Below, in pieces: positions 9,282-21,754 of a stretch of 54,507 bases of DNA (the first letter of the stretch is position 1; each line of letters begins with the position of its first letter). The position numbers were made by a program, and so were the translations under genes. The DNA is from Macrostomum lignano (lineage: Eukaryota): the NCBI GenBank assembly GCA_002269645.1, contig NIVC01000429.1, positions 1 through 54,507 of the forward strand, written 5' to 3'. Under the pieces are notes generated by a model. The model saw only the letters and a program-made list of their open reading frames with translations, was not told the DNA's origin and ran no database searches.

Positions 9282-12200
9282 TCACTGTACCGGCAGGCCG
9301 CTGGGTTTGCCTGTAATCTCCTCTTTTAGCTTAGCGTAGAGACGGAAGCGCAACTGGGCGTATTCCTACGAGACAGCGGCGGGGGGCTTCTGACATTCAT
9401 TTCGGTGTACAGGGTCACGGTGACCTTAGCAACTGAGGATCTGGGAGGCTGGCCCAGCAACTGAGGATCTGGGAGGCTGGCCCAGCAACTGAGGATCTGG
9501 GAGGCTGGCCCAGCAACTGGGGATCTGGGAGGCTGGCCCAGCAACTGAGGATCTGGGAGGCTGGCCCAGCAACTGGGGATCTGGGAGGCTGGCCCAGCAA
9601 CTGAGGATCTGGGAGGCTGGCCCAGCAACTGAGGATCTGGGAGGCTGGCCCAGCAACTGAGGATCTGGGAGGCTGGCCCAGCAACTGGGGATCTGGGAGG
9701 CTGGCCCAGCAACTGAGGATCTGGGAGGCTGGCCCAGCAACTGGGGATCTGGGAGGCTGGCCCAGCAACTGAGGATCTGGGAGGCTGGCCCAGCAAGGAG
9801 GATCTGGGAGGCTGGCCCAGCAACTGAGGATCTGGGAGGCTGGCCCAGCAACTGAGGATCTGGGAGGCTGGTCCAGCAACTAATGATATGGGAGGCTGGC
9901 CCAGCAGCTGAGGATCTGGGAGGCTGGCCCAGCAACTGAGGATCTGGGAGGCTGGCCCAGCAACTGAGGATCTGGGAGGCTGGCCCAGCAACTGAGGATC
10001 TGGGAGGCTGGCCCAGCAACTGAGGATCTGGGAGACTGGCCCAGCAACTGAGGATCTGGGAGGCTGGCCCAGCAACTGAGGATCTGGGAGGCTGGCCCAG
10101 CAGCTGAGGATCTGGGAGGCTGGTCCAGCAACTGAGGATCTGGGAGGCTGGTCCAGCAACTAATGATATGGGAGGCTGGCCCAGCAACTGAGGATCTGGG
10201 AGGCTGGCCCAGCAACTGAGGATCTGGGAGGCTGGCCCAGCAACTGAGGATCTGGGAGGCTGGCCCAGCAACTGAGGATCTGGGAGGCTGGCCCAGCAAC
10301 TGAGGATCTGAGAGACTGGCCCAGCAACTGAGGATCTGGGAGGCTGGTCCAGCAACTGAGGATCTGGGAGGCTGGCCTAGCAACTGAGGATCTGAGAGAC
10401 TGGCCCAGCAACTGAGGATCTGGGAGGCTGGCCCAGCAACTGAGGATCTGGGAGGCTCATCCAGCAACTGAGGATCAGGGAGGCTGGCCTAGCAACTGAG
10501 GATCTGAGAGACTGGCCCAGCAACTGAGGATCTCTGGGAGGCTGGCCCAGCAACAGAGGATCTGGGAGGGTGATGGTGGCCCCAGCAACTGAGGATCTGG
10601 GAGGGTGATGGTGGCCCCAGCAACTGAGGATCTGGGAGGGTGATGGTGGCCCCAGCAACTGAGGATCTGGGAGGGTGATGGTGGCCCCAGCAACTGAGGA
10701 TCTGGGAGGGTGATGGTGGCCCCAGCAACTGAGGATCTGGGAGGGTGATGGTGGCCCCAGCAACTGAGGATCTGGGAGGGTGATGGTGGCCCCAGCAACT
10801 GAGGATCTGGGAGGCTGGCCAGCACCAAAGGCATGCGCTAGTGCACATTGCAGTGCTTTACCTTGAAGTCGAAGTGGATGCTGGATACGGAGGCCTGCAG
10901 CAGGGACCAGACTGACCAGAAGAAATGCGACATCAACGCGCCGTATTTGGCCTCCAGCAGTAGCGCCGCGTCCGCTTCGCTACCGGCGACGGCGTTGTTA
11001 GTCTCCGGCGCCGTTGCGACCTCAACGTCGTCGGCGACTGTGTCAGCGCCTGCGACGTCGCGACAGTCGCTGCTCTCCTGCGTGGGGAACAGGGGCACCT
11101 TGTGGTCGATCTCGGGCTCGCTGTACCAGCGCAGGTAGGAGCGCCAGAAGGTCAGCTGGGCCTCCGGGCTGGGGTAGCAGTCTGGGTGATAGGAGAAGTA
11201 CGGCCACTCGCTCGGCGTATAGTCGAGCGTCCACTCGTTGAAGAAGTTGCCAATGTCGAAGGCGCGCCAGTTGTAGCTGCAGTACTCGAAGTCGATCAGC
11301 TGCAGGCTGAAGCCGTGCTGTCTGGAGGCGTTGTCGAACTTCAGGATGTTGTCTGCGGGAGAGTCACAGCATACGCATGTGCGGAGTCTAGTCTACTATG
11401 TGAGTGTTCAGGGAATAGTTATTGGAGATTACCATGAGGAAGTTAAGGGAATTCTCATGAGGAAGTTAGGGGAATTCTCATGAGGAAGTTAGGGGAATTC
11501 TCATGAGGAAGTTGGGGGCAATTCCCATGAGGAAGTTAGGGGCAATTCCCATGAGGAAGTTAGGGGAGATTCCCATGAGGAAGTTAGGGGCAATTCCCAT
11601 GAGGAAGTTAGGGGCGATTCCCATGAGGAAGTTAGGGGAGATTCCCATGAGGAAGTTAGGGGCGATTCCCATGAGGAAGTTAGGGGCAATTCCCATGAGG
11701 AAGTTAGGGGCAATTCCCATGAGGAAGTTAGGGGCGATTCCCATGAGGAAGTTAGGGGCAATTCCCATGAGGAAGTTAGGGGCAATTCCCATGAGGAAGT
11801 TAGGGGCAATTCCCATGAGGAAGTTAGGGGCGATTTCCATGAGGAAGTTAGGGGCGATTCCCATGAGGAAGTTAGGGGAGATTCCCATGAGGAAGTTAGG
11901 GGCGATTCCCATGAGGAAGTTAGGGGCGATTTCCATGAGGAAGTTAGGGGCGATTCCTATGAGGAAGTTAGGGGCGATTCCTATGAGGAAGTTAGGGGCG
12001 ATTCCCATGAGGAAGTTAGGGGCGATTTCCATGAGAAAGTTAGGGGCGATTCCTATGAGGAAGTTAGGGGCAATTCCCATGAGGAAGTTAGGGGCGATTC
12101 CCATGAGGAAGTTAGGGGCAATTCCCATGAGGAAGTTAGGGGCGATTTCCATGAGGAAGTTAGGGGCGATTCCCATGAGGAAGTTAGGGGAGATTCCCAT

Positions 12201-15200
12201 GAGGAAGTTAGGGGCAATTCCCATGAGGAAGTTAGGGGCGATTTCCATGAGGAAGTTAGGGGCGATTCCTATGAGGAAGTTAGGGGCGATTCCATGAGGA
12301 AGTTAGGGGCGATTTCCATGAGAAAGTTAGGGGCGATTCCTATGAGGAAGTTAGGGGCGATTTCCATGAGAAAGTTAGGGGCGATTCCTATGAGGAAGTT
12401 AGGGGCGATTCCCATGAGGAAGTTAGGGGCAATTCCCATGAGGAAGTTAGGGGCGATTTCCATGAGGAAGTTAGGGGCGATTCCTATGAGGAAGTTAGGG
12501 GCGATTCCCATGAGGAAGTTAGGGGCGATTTCCATGAGAAAGTTAGGGGAATTCTCATGAGGAAGTTGGGGGCAATTCCATGAGGAAGTTAGGGGCAATT
12601 CCCATGAGGAAGTTAGGGGCGATTCTAAGGGGAGGAAAGGGTGATTCTTATTCCTATTAAAGACGCATTTACTATTTTACACATTGGAATGAAAATGTTG
12701 AGCTCCACTCACTCTCCTGCAAGTCGTTGTGACAGAACACCACGGGCGAACTCAGCTGATTGTAGAAGGCGTCTCTGAAAGACCAAGTCGGTTATTAGGG
12801 TATTTTTAATAAAATGATTTAGTGAAATCCATATACTAATTTGAGAGCTGCCATTTTAACTACTTAATTTAGTAGTATTTTCGCCTAGAATATACCGATA
12901 CTTTTACTTTAATTGAACATTCATTCATTCCAAACTGGTTACATCTTGAGCTTTTCCCCGCGTTTCTTTCATGTTTCTTCTGCTCTTTGCTTCTCCCCTC
13001 TCTCTGTTTATCCCCCTCTGCTTCTCCCCCTCTCTGCTTCTCCCCCTCTGCTTCTCCCCTCTGTTCTCCTCTCTCTCTGCTTCTCCCCTCTCTGCTTCTC
13101 CCCCTCTCTGCTTCTCCCCCTCTGCTTCTCCCCCTCTGTTCTCCTCTCTCTCTGCTTCTCCCCTCTCTGCTTCTCCCCTCTGTTCTCCTCTCTCTCTGCT
13201 TCTCCCCCTCTCTGCTTCTCCCCCTCTCTGCTTCTCCCCCTCTGTTCTCCTCTCTCTCTGCTTCTCCCCCTCTCTGCTTCTCCCCCTCTCTGCTTCTCCC
13301 CCTCTCTGCTTCTCCCCCTCTGCTTCTCCCCCTCTGTTCTCCTCTCTCTCTGCTTCTCCCCCTCTCTGCTTCTCCCCCTCTGTTCTCCTCTCTCTCTGCT
13401 TCTCCCCCTCTCTGCTTCTCCCCCTCTGTTCTCCTCTCTCTCTGCTTCTCCCCCTCTCTGCTTCTCCCCCTCTCTGCTTCTCCCCCTCTGTTCTCCTCTC
13501 TCTCTGCTTCTCCCCCTCTCTGCTTCTCCCCCTCTCTGCTTCTCCCCCTCTGCTTCTCCCCCTCTGTTCTCCTCTCTCTCTGCTTCTCCCCCTCTCTGCT
13601 TCTCCCCCTCTCTGCTTCTCCCCCTCTGTTCTCCTCTCTCTCTGCTTCTCCCCCTCTCTGCTTCTCCCCCTCTGCTTCTCCCCCTCTGCTTCTCCCCCTC
13701 TGTTCTCCCCCTCTCTGCTTCTCCCCCTCTGCTTCTCCCCCTCTGTTCTCCTCTCTCTCTGCTTCTCCCCCTCTGCTTCTCCCCCTCTGTTCTCCTCTCT
13801 CTCTGCTTCTCCCCCTCTCTGCTTCTCCCCCCTCTTCTTCTCCCCTCTGTTCTCCTCTCTCTCTGCTTCTCCCCCTCTCTGCTTCTCCCCCTCTCTGCTT
13901 CTCCCCTCTGCTTCTCCCCTCTCTGTTCTCCTCTCTCTCTGCTTCTCCCCCTCTCTGCTTCTCCCCCTCTCTGCTTCTCCCCCTCTGCTTCTCCCCCTCT
14001 GTTCTCCTCTCTCTCTGCTTCTCCCCCTCTCTGCTTCTCCCCCTCTGTTCTCCTCTCTCTCTGCTTCTCCCCCTCTCTGCTTCTCCCCCTCTGTTCTCCT
14101 CTCTCTCTGCTTCTCCCCCTCTCTGCTTCTCCCCCTCTCTGCTTCTCCCCCTCTGCTTCTCCCCCTCTGTTCTCCTCTCTCTCTGCTTCTCCCCCTCTCT
14201 GCTTCTCCCCCTCTGTTCTCCTCTCTCTCTGCTTCTCCCCCTCTCTGCTTCTCCCCCTCTGCTTCTCCCCCTCTGCTTCTCCCCCTCTGTTCTCCCCCTC
14301 TCTGCTTCTCCCCTCTGCTTCTCCCCCTCTGTTCTCCTCTCTCTCTGCTTCTCCCCCTCTGTTCTCCTCTCTCTCTGCTTCTCCCCCTCTGCTTCTCCCC
14401 CTCTCTGCTTCTCCCCCTCTGCTTCTCCCCCTCTGCTTCTCCCCCTCTGCTTCTCCCCCTCTCTGCTTCTCCCTCTCTCTGCTTCTCCCTCTCTCTGCTT
14501 CTCCCCCTCTCTGCTTCTCCCCCTCTGCTTCTCCCCTCTCTGCTTCTCCCCTCTGCTTCTCCATCTTTGCTTCTCCATCTCTGCTTCTCCATCTCTGCTT
14601 CTCCCCCTCTGCTTCTCCCCCTCTGCTTCTCCATCTCTGCTTCTCCCTCTCTGTTTCTAGTTTTGCAGTCCCTGTTGAATTCCCTCTACTTCTCCACTTC
14701 TACACTGATACCCATCCCTTGCCGCCTGCTCCCCCACCTGAGCCAGTCGATCTCCTCATGCACCCGGAAGTCCCGCAGGAAGCGGGCCACCGGGGTGGCA
14801 TTGAAGCCCGGCCGTGGCGGCGGCTCCTCCCGGTCGGTCTTGCCGCTGACAACCTCCTTCACGCTGCGCAGCCAGGACTGCATCATCTTGAACACGAACC
14901 GCGGCTCCTTGGACAGCGGCATCTCCAGGCGGTGCAGCCTGGCCAGGTGCTTGGAGATGATGCCGTGGATCAGCGGCTCGGCCATCTGCTGCCGACGCAA
15001 AGGCGCCGAGTTGGCCACGAACTCCTCGATTCGGCCGCCTTTGAAGACGCCGTACAGATGCGGGCCCATGCGCTTCTCGGACAGCAGGGCGAAGATGACG
15101 GAGTCCAGCACCACCGACTCGGCGTTGTTGCTGAGAATCTCGCCGAACACTCGAATCAGCACCCTGTTGGGCTGGCCCGCCTGCGGCTGCACCGAGTCGG

Positions 15201-18200
15201 CCAGGCTGGCCACGAATAAGTAGTTGCTGAGGCCGCCACTAAAGAGGAGCCGATATGTATAGAAAATTAGTATCTTCTGCCGTAAAAAAATAAAGTGACG
15301 ATTACGAGCTATTCTGCTTCTGGAGATTGTCAATTTAAATAATTGGCTGAAGCAAGGTTTAAAAAAGGACTGGACACAGACCGGAACGAGAATTCTCATT
15401 CAATCTACTCTACCTTAGTCTACTCGGAATCGATCTACTCTACCTTAGTCTACTCGGAATCGATCTACTCTACTTTAATCTACTCGCAACTGATCTACTT
15501 TACCTTAATCTACTTATAATCGATCTACTCTACTTTAATCTACTCGCAGCTGAACTTCTCTACCTTAATCTTCTCGGAACCGATCTACTCTACCTTAAAT
15601 CTACTCGGAACCGATCTACTCTACCTTAATCTTCTCGGAACCGATCTACTCTACCTTAGTCTACTCGGAACCGATCTACTCTACCTTAGTCTACTCGGAA
15701 CCGATCTACTCTACCTTAAATCTACTCGGAACCGATCTACTCTACCTTAGTCTACTCGGAACCGATCTACTCTACCTTAGTCTACTCGGAACCGATCTAC
15801 TCTACCTTAGTCTACTCGGAACCGATCTACTCTACCTTAGTCTACTCGGAACCGATCTACTCTACCTTAATCTACTCGGAACCGATCTACTCTACCTTAG
15901 TCTACTCGGAACCGATCTACTCTACCTTAATCTACTCGGAACCGATCTACTCTACCTTAGTCTACTCGGAACCGATCTACTCTACCTTAGTCTACTCGGA
16001 ACCGATCTACTCTACCTTAGTCTACTCGGAACCGATCTACTCTACCTTAGTCTACTCGGAACCGATCTACTCTACCTTAATCTACTCGGAACCGATCTAC
16101 TCTACCTTAATCTACTCGGAACCGATCTACTCTACCTAGTAAGCTATCTGAGAAATCAACACCGAGCCCAGCAGAGCTGGCACACCTGATCTCATCAAAC
16201 CGAACGCTGTCCACGTGAGCAGCCCAAGCGCCGCCCAGATACTGGGCACACAAACTCAATGCCTGCGCTTTCGTCAGCGGCTGCTCTTGCGACATATCCG
16301 GCACTGGTAGGAACAGTTCTGCTGAATCTAGGTCGAATGAAACTTCTTTTATATGATACTTATTTTAAAAGCCACGCACACTGCTAGGACGGTTGGCTTG
16401 GCTACGTTTTTATCGCACTGTGCCATTCACTCGTTTATCTGGACTCATGGGCTTAGATTGCTCACAAAAAGCAGAAACGGTAGAGTTCAAGACTTAGCAG
16501 CAATCTGGTAGAGACAAAGCGCGCTTGCCACCCCAAAATCGGGTTGCCCAATTGCTCATGCAGCAGAGTTTTCTTTCATTTCCACGTGTACACACAGGAG
16601 ACAGACGGGCTTCAGTAACAGACTATGCCAGGTTGGTCATAAAAACTATCGAATAATTTCTGCTGATTTTCTGACAAAAAAAGTTACAAAAAATCTTAAC
16701 CGGTTAATTCAGCATTGATTGATTTTTATTCTCTAGTATCATGTTGAACTATCCACATGTCCACATGCACCATGCACTGCTTAGACCAAGCTCTTCCAGG
16801 GGGTTTATCTGGTTTTACTCTGGTGAGTCAGCTTCATGGAGTGTTAAACATTTTCGGCCTGGAGTCAACAAAGTTGTATCGTTTCCGGAATTTTTTTAGT
16901 TTTGAATTCAGCAGCGTCACAGATAAGAAATTTGAGGGGCTGAGCAACAGTACGGCTTGCTGAGCACAGCGAGCACCCCCCATTGAGAATACGCAAGGAC
17001 AGGGCAGCTATGCGAAAAACATGACTAAATACAGATTGTAGCCACTCAAAGCCTTTTGCACAGCCTGTGTCCACCTTCTACTGTTTTCTCCCAGCCTGTG
17101 TCCGCCTTTCTCCTGTTTTCTCCCAGCCTGTGTCCGCCTTTCCCCTGTTTTCTCACAGCCTGTGTCCGCCTTTCCCCTGTTTTCTCCCAGCCTGTGTCCG
17201 CCTTTCCCCTGTTTTCTCTCAGCCTGTGTCCGCATTTCCCCTGTTTTCTCCCAGCCTGTGTCCGCCTTTCCCCTGTTTTCTCACAGCCTGTGTCCGCTTT
17301 TCCCCTGTTTTCTCACAGCCTGTGTCCGCATTTCCCCTGTTTTCTCCCAGCCTGTGTCCGCCTTCTACTGTTTTCTCCCAGCCTGTGTCCGCCTTTCCCC
17401 TGTTTTCTCTCAGCCTGTGTCCGCATTTCCCCTGTTTTCTCTCAGCCTGTGTCAGCATTTCCCCTGTTTTCTCCCAGCCTGTGTCCGCATTTCCCCTGTT
17501 TTCTCCCAGCCTGTGTCCGCCTTTCTCCTGTTTTCTCCCAGCCTGTGTCCGCCTTTCCCCTGTTTTCTCACAGCCTGTGTCCGCCTTTCCCCTGTTTTCT
17601 CCCAGCCTGTGTCCGCCTTTCCCCTGTTTTCTCTCAGCCTGTGTCCGCATTTCCCCTGTTTTCTCCCAGCCTGTGTCCGCCTTTCCCCTGTTTTCTCACA
17701 GCCTGTGTCCGCCTTTCCCCTGTTTTCTCACAGCCTGTGTCCGCATTTCCCCTGTTTTCTCCCAGCCTGTGTCCGCCTTCTACTGTTTTCTCCCAGCCTG
17801 TGTCCGCCTTTCCCCTGTTTTCTCTCAGCCTGTGTCCGCATTTCCCCTGTTTTCTCTCAGCCTGTGTCAGCATTTCCCCTGTTTTCTCCCAGCCTGTGTC
17901 CGCATTTCCCCTGTTTTCTCTCAGCCTGTGTCAGCATTTCCCCTGTTTTCTCCCAGCCTGTGTCCGCATTTCCCCTGTTTTCTCTCAGCCTGTGTCAGCA
18001 TTTCCCCTGTTTTCTCCCAGCCTGTGTCCGCATTTCCCCTGTTTTCTCCCAGCCTGTGTCCGCCTTTCCCCTGTTTTCTCACAGCCTGTGTCCGCCTTTC
18101 CCCTGTTTTCTCCCAGCCTGTGTCCGCATTTCCCCTGTTATCTCACAGCCTGTGTCCGCATTTCCCCTGTTTTCTCCCAGCCTGTGTCCGCCTTTCCCCT

Positions 18201-19896
18201 GTTTTCTCCCAGCCTGTGTCCGCTTTTCCCCTGTTTTCTCACAGCCTGTGTCCGCATTTCCCCTGTTTTCTCTCAGCCTGTGTCCGCATTTCCCCTGTTT
18301 TCTCCCAGCTTGTGTCCGCCTTTCCCCTGTTTTCTCCCAGCCTGTGCCCGCCTTTCCCCTGTTTTCTCCCAGCCTGTGTCCGCCTTTCCCCTGTTCTCTC
18401 AGCCTGTGTCCACCTTCTACTGTTTTCTCCCAGCCTGTGTCCGCCTTTCCCCAGTTTTCTCCCAGCCTGTGTCCGCCTTTCCCCTGTTCTCTCAGCCTGT
18501 GTCCACCTTCTACTGTTTTCTCCCAGCCTGTGTCCGCCTTTCCCCAGTTTTCTCCCAGCCTGTGTCCGCATTTCCCCTGTTTTCTCACAGCCTGTGTCCG
18601 CATTTCCCCAGTTTTCTCCCAGCCTGTGTCCGCATTTCCCCTGTTTTCTCACAGCCTGTGTCCGCATTTCCCCTGTTTTCTCACAGCCTGTGTCCGCATT
18701 TCCCCAGTTTTCTCCCAGCCTGTGTCCGCATTTCCCCTGTTTTCTCACAGCCTGTGTCCGCATTTCCCCTGTTTTCTCACAGCCTGTGTCCGCATTTCCC
18801 CAGTTTTCTCCCAGCCTGTGTCCGCATTTCCCCTGTTTTCTCACAGCCTGTGTCCGCATTTCCCCTGTTTTCTCACAGCCTGTGTCCGCCTTTCCCCTGT
18901 TTTCTCCCAGCCTGTGTCCACTTTTCCCCTGTTTTCTCCCAGCCTGTGTCCGCTTTTCCCCTGTTTTCTCCCAGCCTGTGTCCACTTTTCCCCTGTTTTC
19001 TCCCAGCCTGTGTCCGCTTTTCCCCTGTTTTCTCCCAGCCTGTGTCCACTTTTCCCCTGTTTTCTCCCAGCCTGTGTCCGCCTTTCCCCTGTTTTCTCCC
19101 AGCCTGTGTCCGCTTTTCCCCTGTTTTCTCCCAGCCTGTGTCCGCCTTTCCCCTGTTTTCTCTCGCCTGCTCCAACTCGCCAGTTCTATCTCGCCAGTTC
19201 CATTACGATAAGACAAGAATTTACAAAGAAGCAGTGAGAAAGTCAGCAGGTTGCTTTGGCAAACTATCTGCTGTAACAATTGATTCCATATCTTCTTCCG
19301 GTCTGTCACTGTCTCATTTCTTTCTGGAACTCACCTTTTGAAATTGAGCCACACTTGAGCAGAGCAGTAAAACAAACATGGAACAGAAAACAGAAAACTG
19401 CAGCAAAACTAAAGCAAAGTTCCTAATCATACCTATTGATATTTTCTGCTTGGAGAGGCCCAGTTGCGTCACAGTGAATCAAGATTTAAACTCGCAGATT
19501 ATCCTGCAATTGCTCGGTACAGCTCTCGGGTGACTGGTTGGTTCCAACACACCCCAACGGAGCTAAGACCAGTTTTGCAGTCCAAATGTTCATCAAGTTA
19601 ATATTTCAAACACAGAAAGTAAAAAGCAACAGAGAACACTGCAACAGCGTCACCCACCCAGAGTACAACCTGACGGGCACAATGCTAATCTCTGAGCTGT
19701 CTGCCGTGGCCCAAGCCTTGCTGAGGCAGGTGCGGCAGTGGTGCCTCAATCGGTCCATGCTGAACTCGTTCTCCATCTTCTGCTGATCTGCAGACTTGGC
19801 TGAGCTGCTGCTCACGGTGCTGATGCAGCCACTGTTGCTGCTGTTGCCTCCGCCATCACTGATTGATCGACGGAGTTCATCAGCGGCAGGTAGCAT
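9282..19896 (-). CDS. chk: Choline/ethanolamine kinase; exons 19670-19896 (alternative first coding exon A), 14738-15238, 12713-12774, 10862-11352, 9282-9365
   Basis: [10 protein letters not shown]-loop region, [22 protein letters not shown], Brenner motif [14 protein letters not shown] (split by an intron), choline kinase motif [34 protein letters not shown], and C-terminal [10 protein letters not shown]. All GT-AG junctions are phase-consistent (2,2,1,0). The symbol denotes family level only. Confidence 0.93.
9427..10820. repeat. 28-bp minisatellite (ctgaggatctgggaggctggcccagcaa) with a 33-bp variant block at about 10560-10800; fills chk intron 9366-10861
   Basis: About 48 units, visible directly. 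Confidence 0.97.
11432..12630. repeat. 24-bp minisatellite (gaggaagttaggggcRattcccat); fills chk intron 11353-12712
   Basis: About 50 units; source of the MRKLGAIP repeat ORFs. Confidence 0.97.
12975..14655. repeat. CT-rich near-homopyrimidine array (ctctgcttctcccc variants); fills chk intron 12775-14737
   Basis: About 1.7 kb, almost only C/T on the + strand with sparse G. Confidence 0.97.
15400..16138. repeat. 30-bp minisatellite (ctactctaccttagtctactcggaaccgat); chk intron 15239-16185
   Basis: About 24 units, degenerate at the left edge and homogeneous to the right. Confidence 0.95.
16186..16295 (-). CDS. chk: Alternative first coding exon B of choline kinase ([36 protein letters not shown])
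   Basis: Matches the conserved choline kinase N-terminal C..YLGGAW helix. Phase-2 donor AG|gtgtgc fits the 15238 acceptor. Acceptor cctaccag lies 8 nt before the ATG. Confidence 0.8.
17060..19165. repeat. 32-bp minisatellite (cagcctgtgtccgcMtttcccctgttttctcc) between chk alternative exons B and A
   Basis: About 65 units with occasional 29-bp deletion variants. Confidence 0.97.
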
Positions 19897-19949
19897 CACA
19901 ATCCTTTGTCTTGGCGCGTTTACTGCAGAAACCGGAGTGGTAAACAATG

Positions 19950-21058
19950 CTGATTCCACTCTGATCTAACCCGATTCCACACTGATCTAAAAATCATTCC
20001 ACTCTGATCTAATCTCATTCCACTCTGATCTAATCTCATTCCACTCTGATCTAATCTCATTCCACACTGATCTAATATCATTCCACTCTGATCTAATCCT
20101 ATTCCACACTGATCTAATCTTATTCTACTCCGATCTAATCTTAGTTCACTCTGATCTAATCTGATTCTACACTGATCTAATCTCATTCCACACTGATCTA
20201 ATCTCATTCCACTCTGATCTAATCTCATTCCACTCTGATCTAACCCGATTCCATACTGATCTAATCTCATTCCAGTCTGATCTAATCTCATTCCACTCTG
20301 ATCTAACCCGATTCCATACTGATCTAATCCCATTCCACTCTGATCTAACCCGATACCATACTGATCTAATCTCATTCCACTCTGATCTAACCCGATTCCA
20401 TACTGATCTAATCTCATTCCAGTCTGATCTAATCTCATTCCACTCTGATCTAATCTCATTCCACTCTGATCTAATCTCATTCCACTCTGATCTAATCTCA
20501 TTCCACTCTGATCTAAGCCTATTCCACTCTGATCTAATCTGATTCCACTCTGATCTAATCTCATTCCAGTCTGATCTAAGCCTATTCCGCTCTGATCTAA
20601 TCTGATTCCACTCTGATCTAATCTCATTCCACTCTGATCTAAGCCTATTCCACTCTGATCTAATCTGATTCCACTCTGATCTAATCTCATTCCACTCTGA
20701 TCTAAGCCTATTCCGCTCTGATCTAATCTGATTCCACTCTGATCTAATCTCATTCCAGTCTGATCTAATCTGATTCCACATTGACCTAATCTCATTCCAC
20801 TCTGATCTAATCCTATCCCACACTGATCCAATCTCATTCCACTCTGATCTAATCCGATTCTAATTTGATCTAATTTGATCTAATCTGATTCCACTCTGAT
20901 CTAATCCGATTCCACTCTGATCTAATCTGATTTCACACTGATCTAATCTGATTCCACTCTGATATAATCCTTTTCCACTCTGATCTAATCTCATTCCACT
21001 CTGATATAATCCTTTTCCACTCTGATCTAATCTCATTCCACTCTGATCTAATCTCATC
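19950..21058. repeat. 21-bp minisatellite (ttccactctgatctaatctca) directly upstream of chk exon A
   Basis: About 52 units; begins about 25 nt beyond the 19923 acceptor AG. Confidence 0.96.
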
Positions 21059-21754
21059 CCCCCAGCGCAATCTGTTTTCACTGAACCCTATTGGAGACAT
21101 GAAATAATGCCGACTGGACTTTATTAAACAGGGCTCAGACGAAGCAGCTGGCTTTTAAGTTCATATATTACGTAATTATTATAAGCCCAATCACAATGTG
21201 ACAAAGGGGTTCGGCACAAGTTATTAATAGCCGTCTATTAGAGGGAATATTTGACCGAATTTCGAGCAGAAGGATAAACAAATAAATGTCTGCTGTGCAT
21301 TGGCAATCTTGATTGGTCAATTATAAAGAGGTGTAAAAACAGATACCTGTAAATGCCAACAATATAAAAGCACATTTCTTGTAATAAAACTGATAATGCA
21401 GGTCATGAAAATGCAATTATAAATTTCAGATATTAAAAGTGGGCAGATAAAGAACTAAGCAATAATTTGGAGCGATATGTTAGGGAAAAAACGATCTGAA
21501 TTCGCAATTTAGCCTACTACTAGTAAAAGCAAACAAATATTGGCACAATTTTTTGCGCAAACGGCTAAAAATACACTGAGAAGAACGTACTCGATATTAG
21601 AAAAAATAATTATGTATAATAACAGTAATCTTTTGTACAACGGGTGAAAAGCGAGGCTGGGCAGCCCTTGGCAAGGATAAAATTAAAACAAAATCAAATA
21701 ATTTTAAATCCGACACAAAGTACACACAGTCACAAAGAAAGACACAGAGATTAA

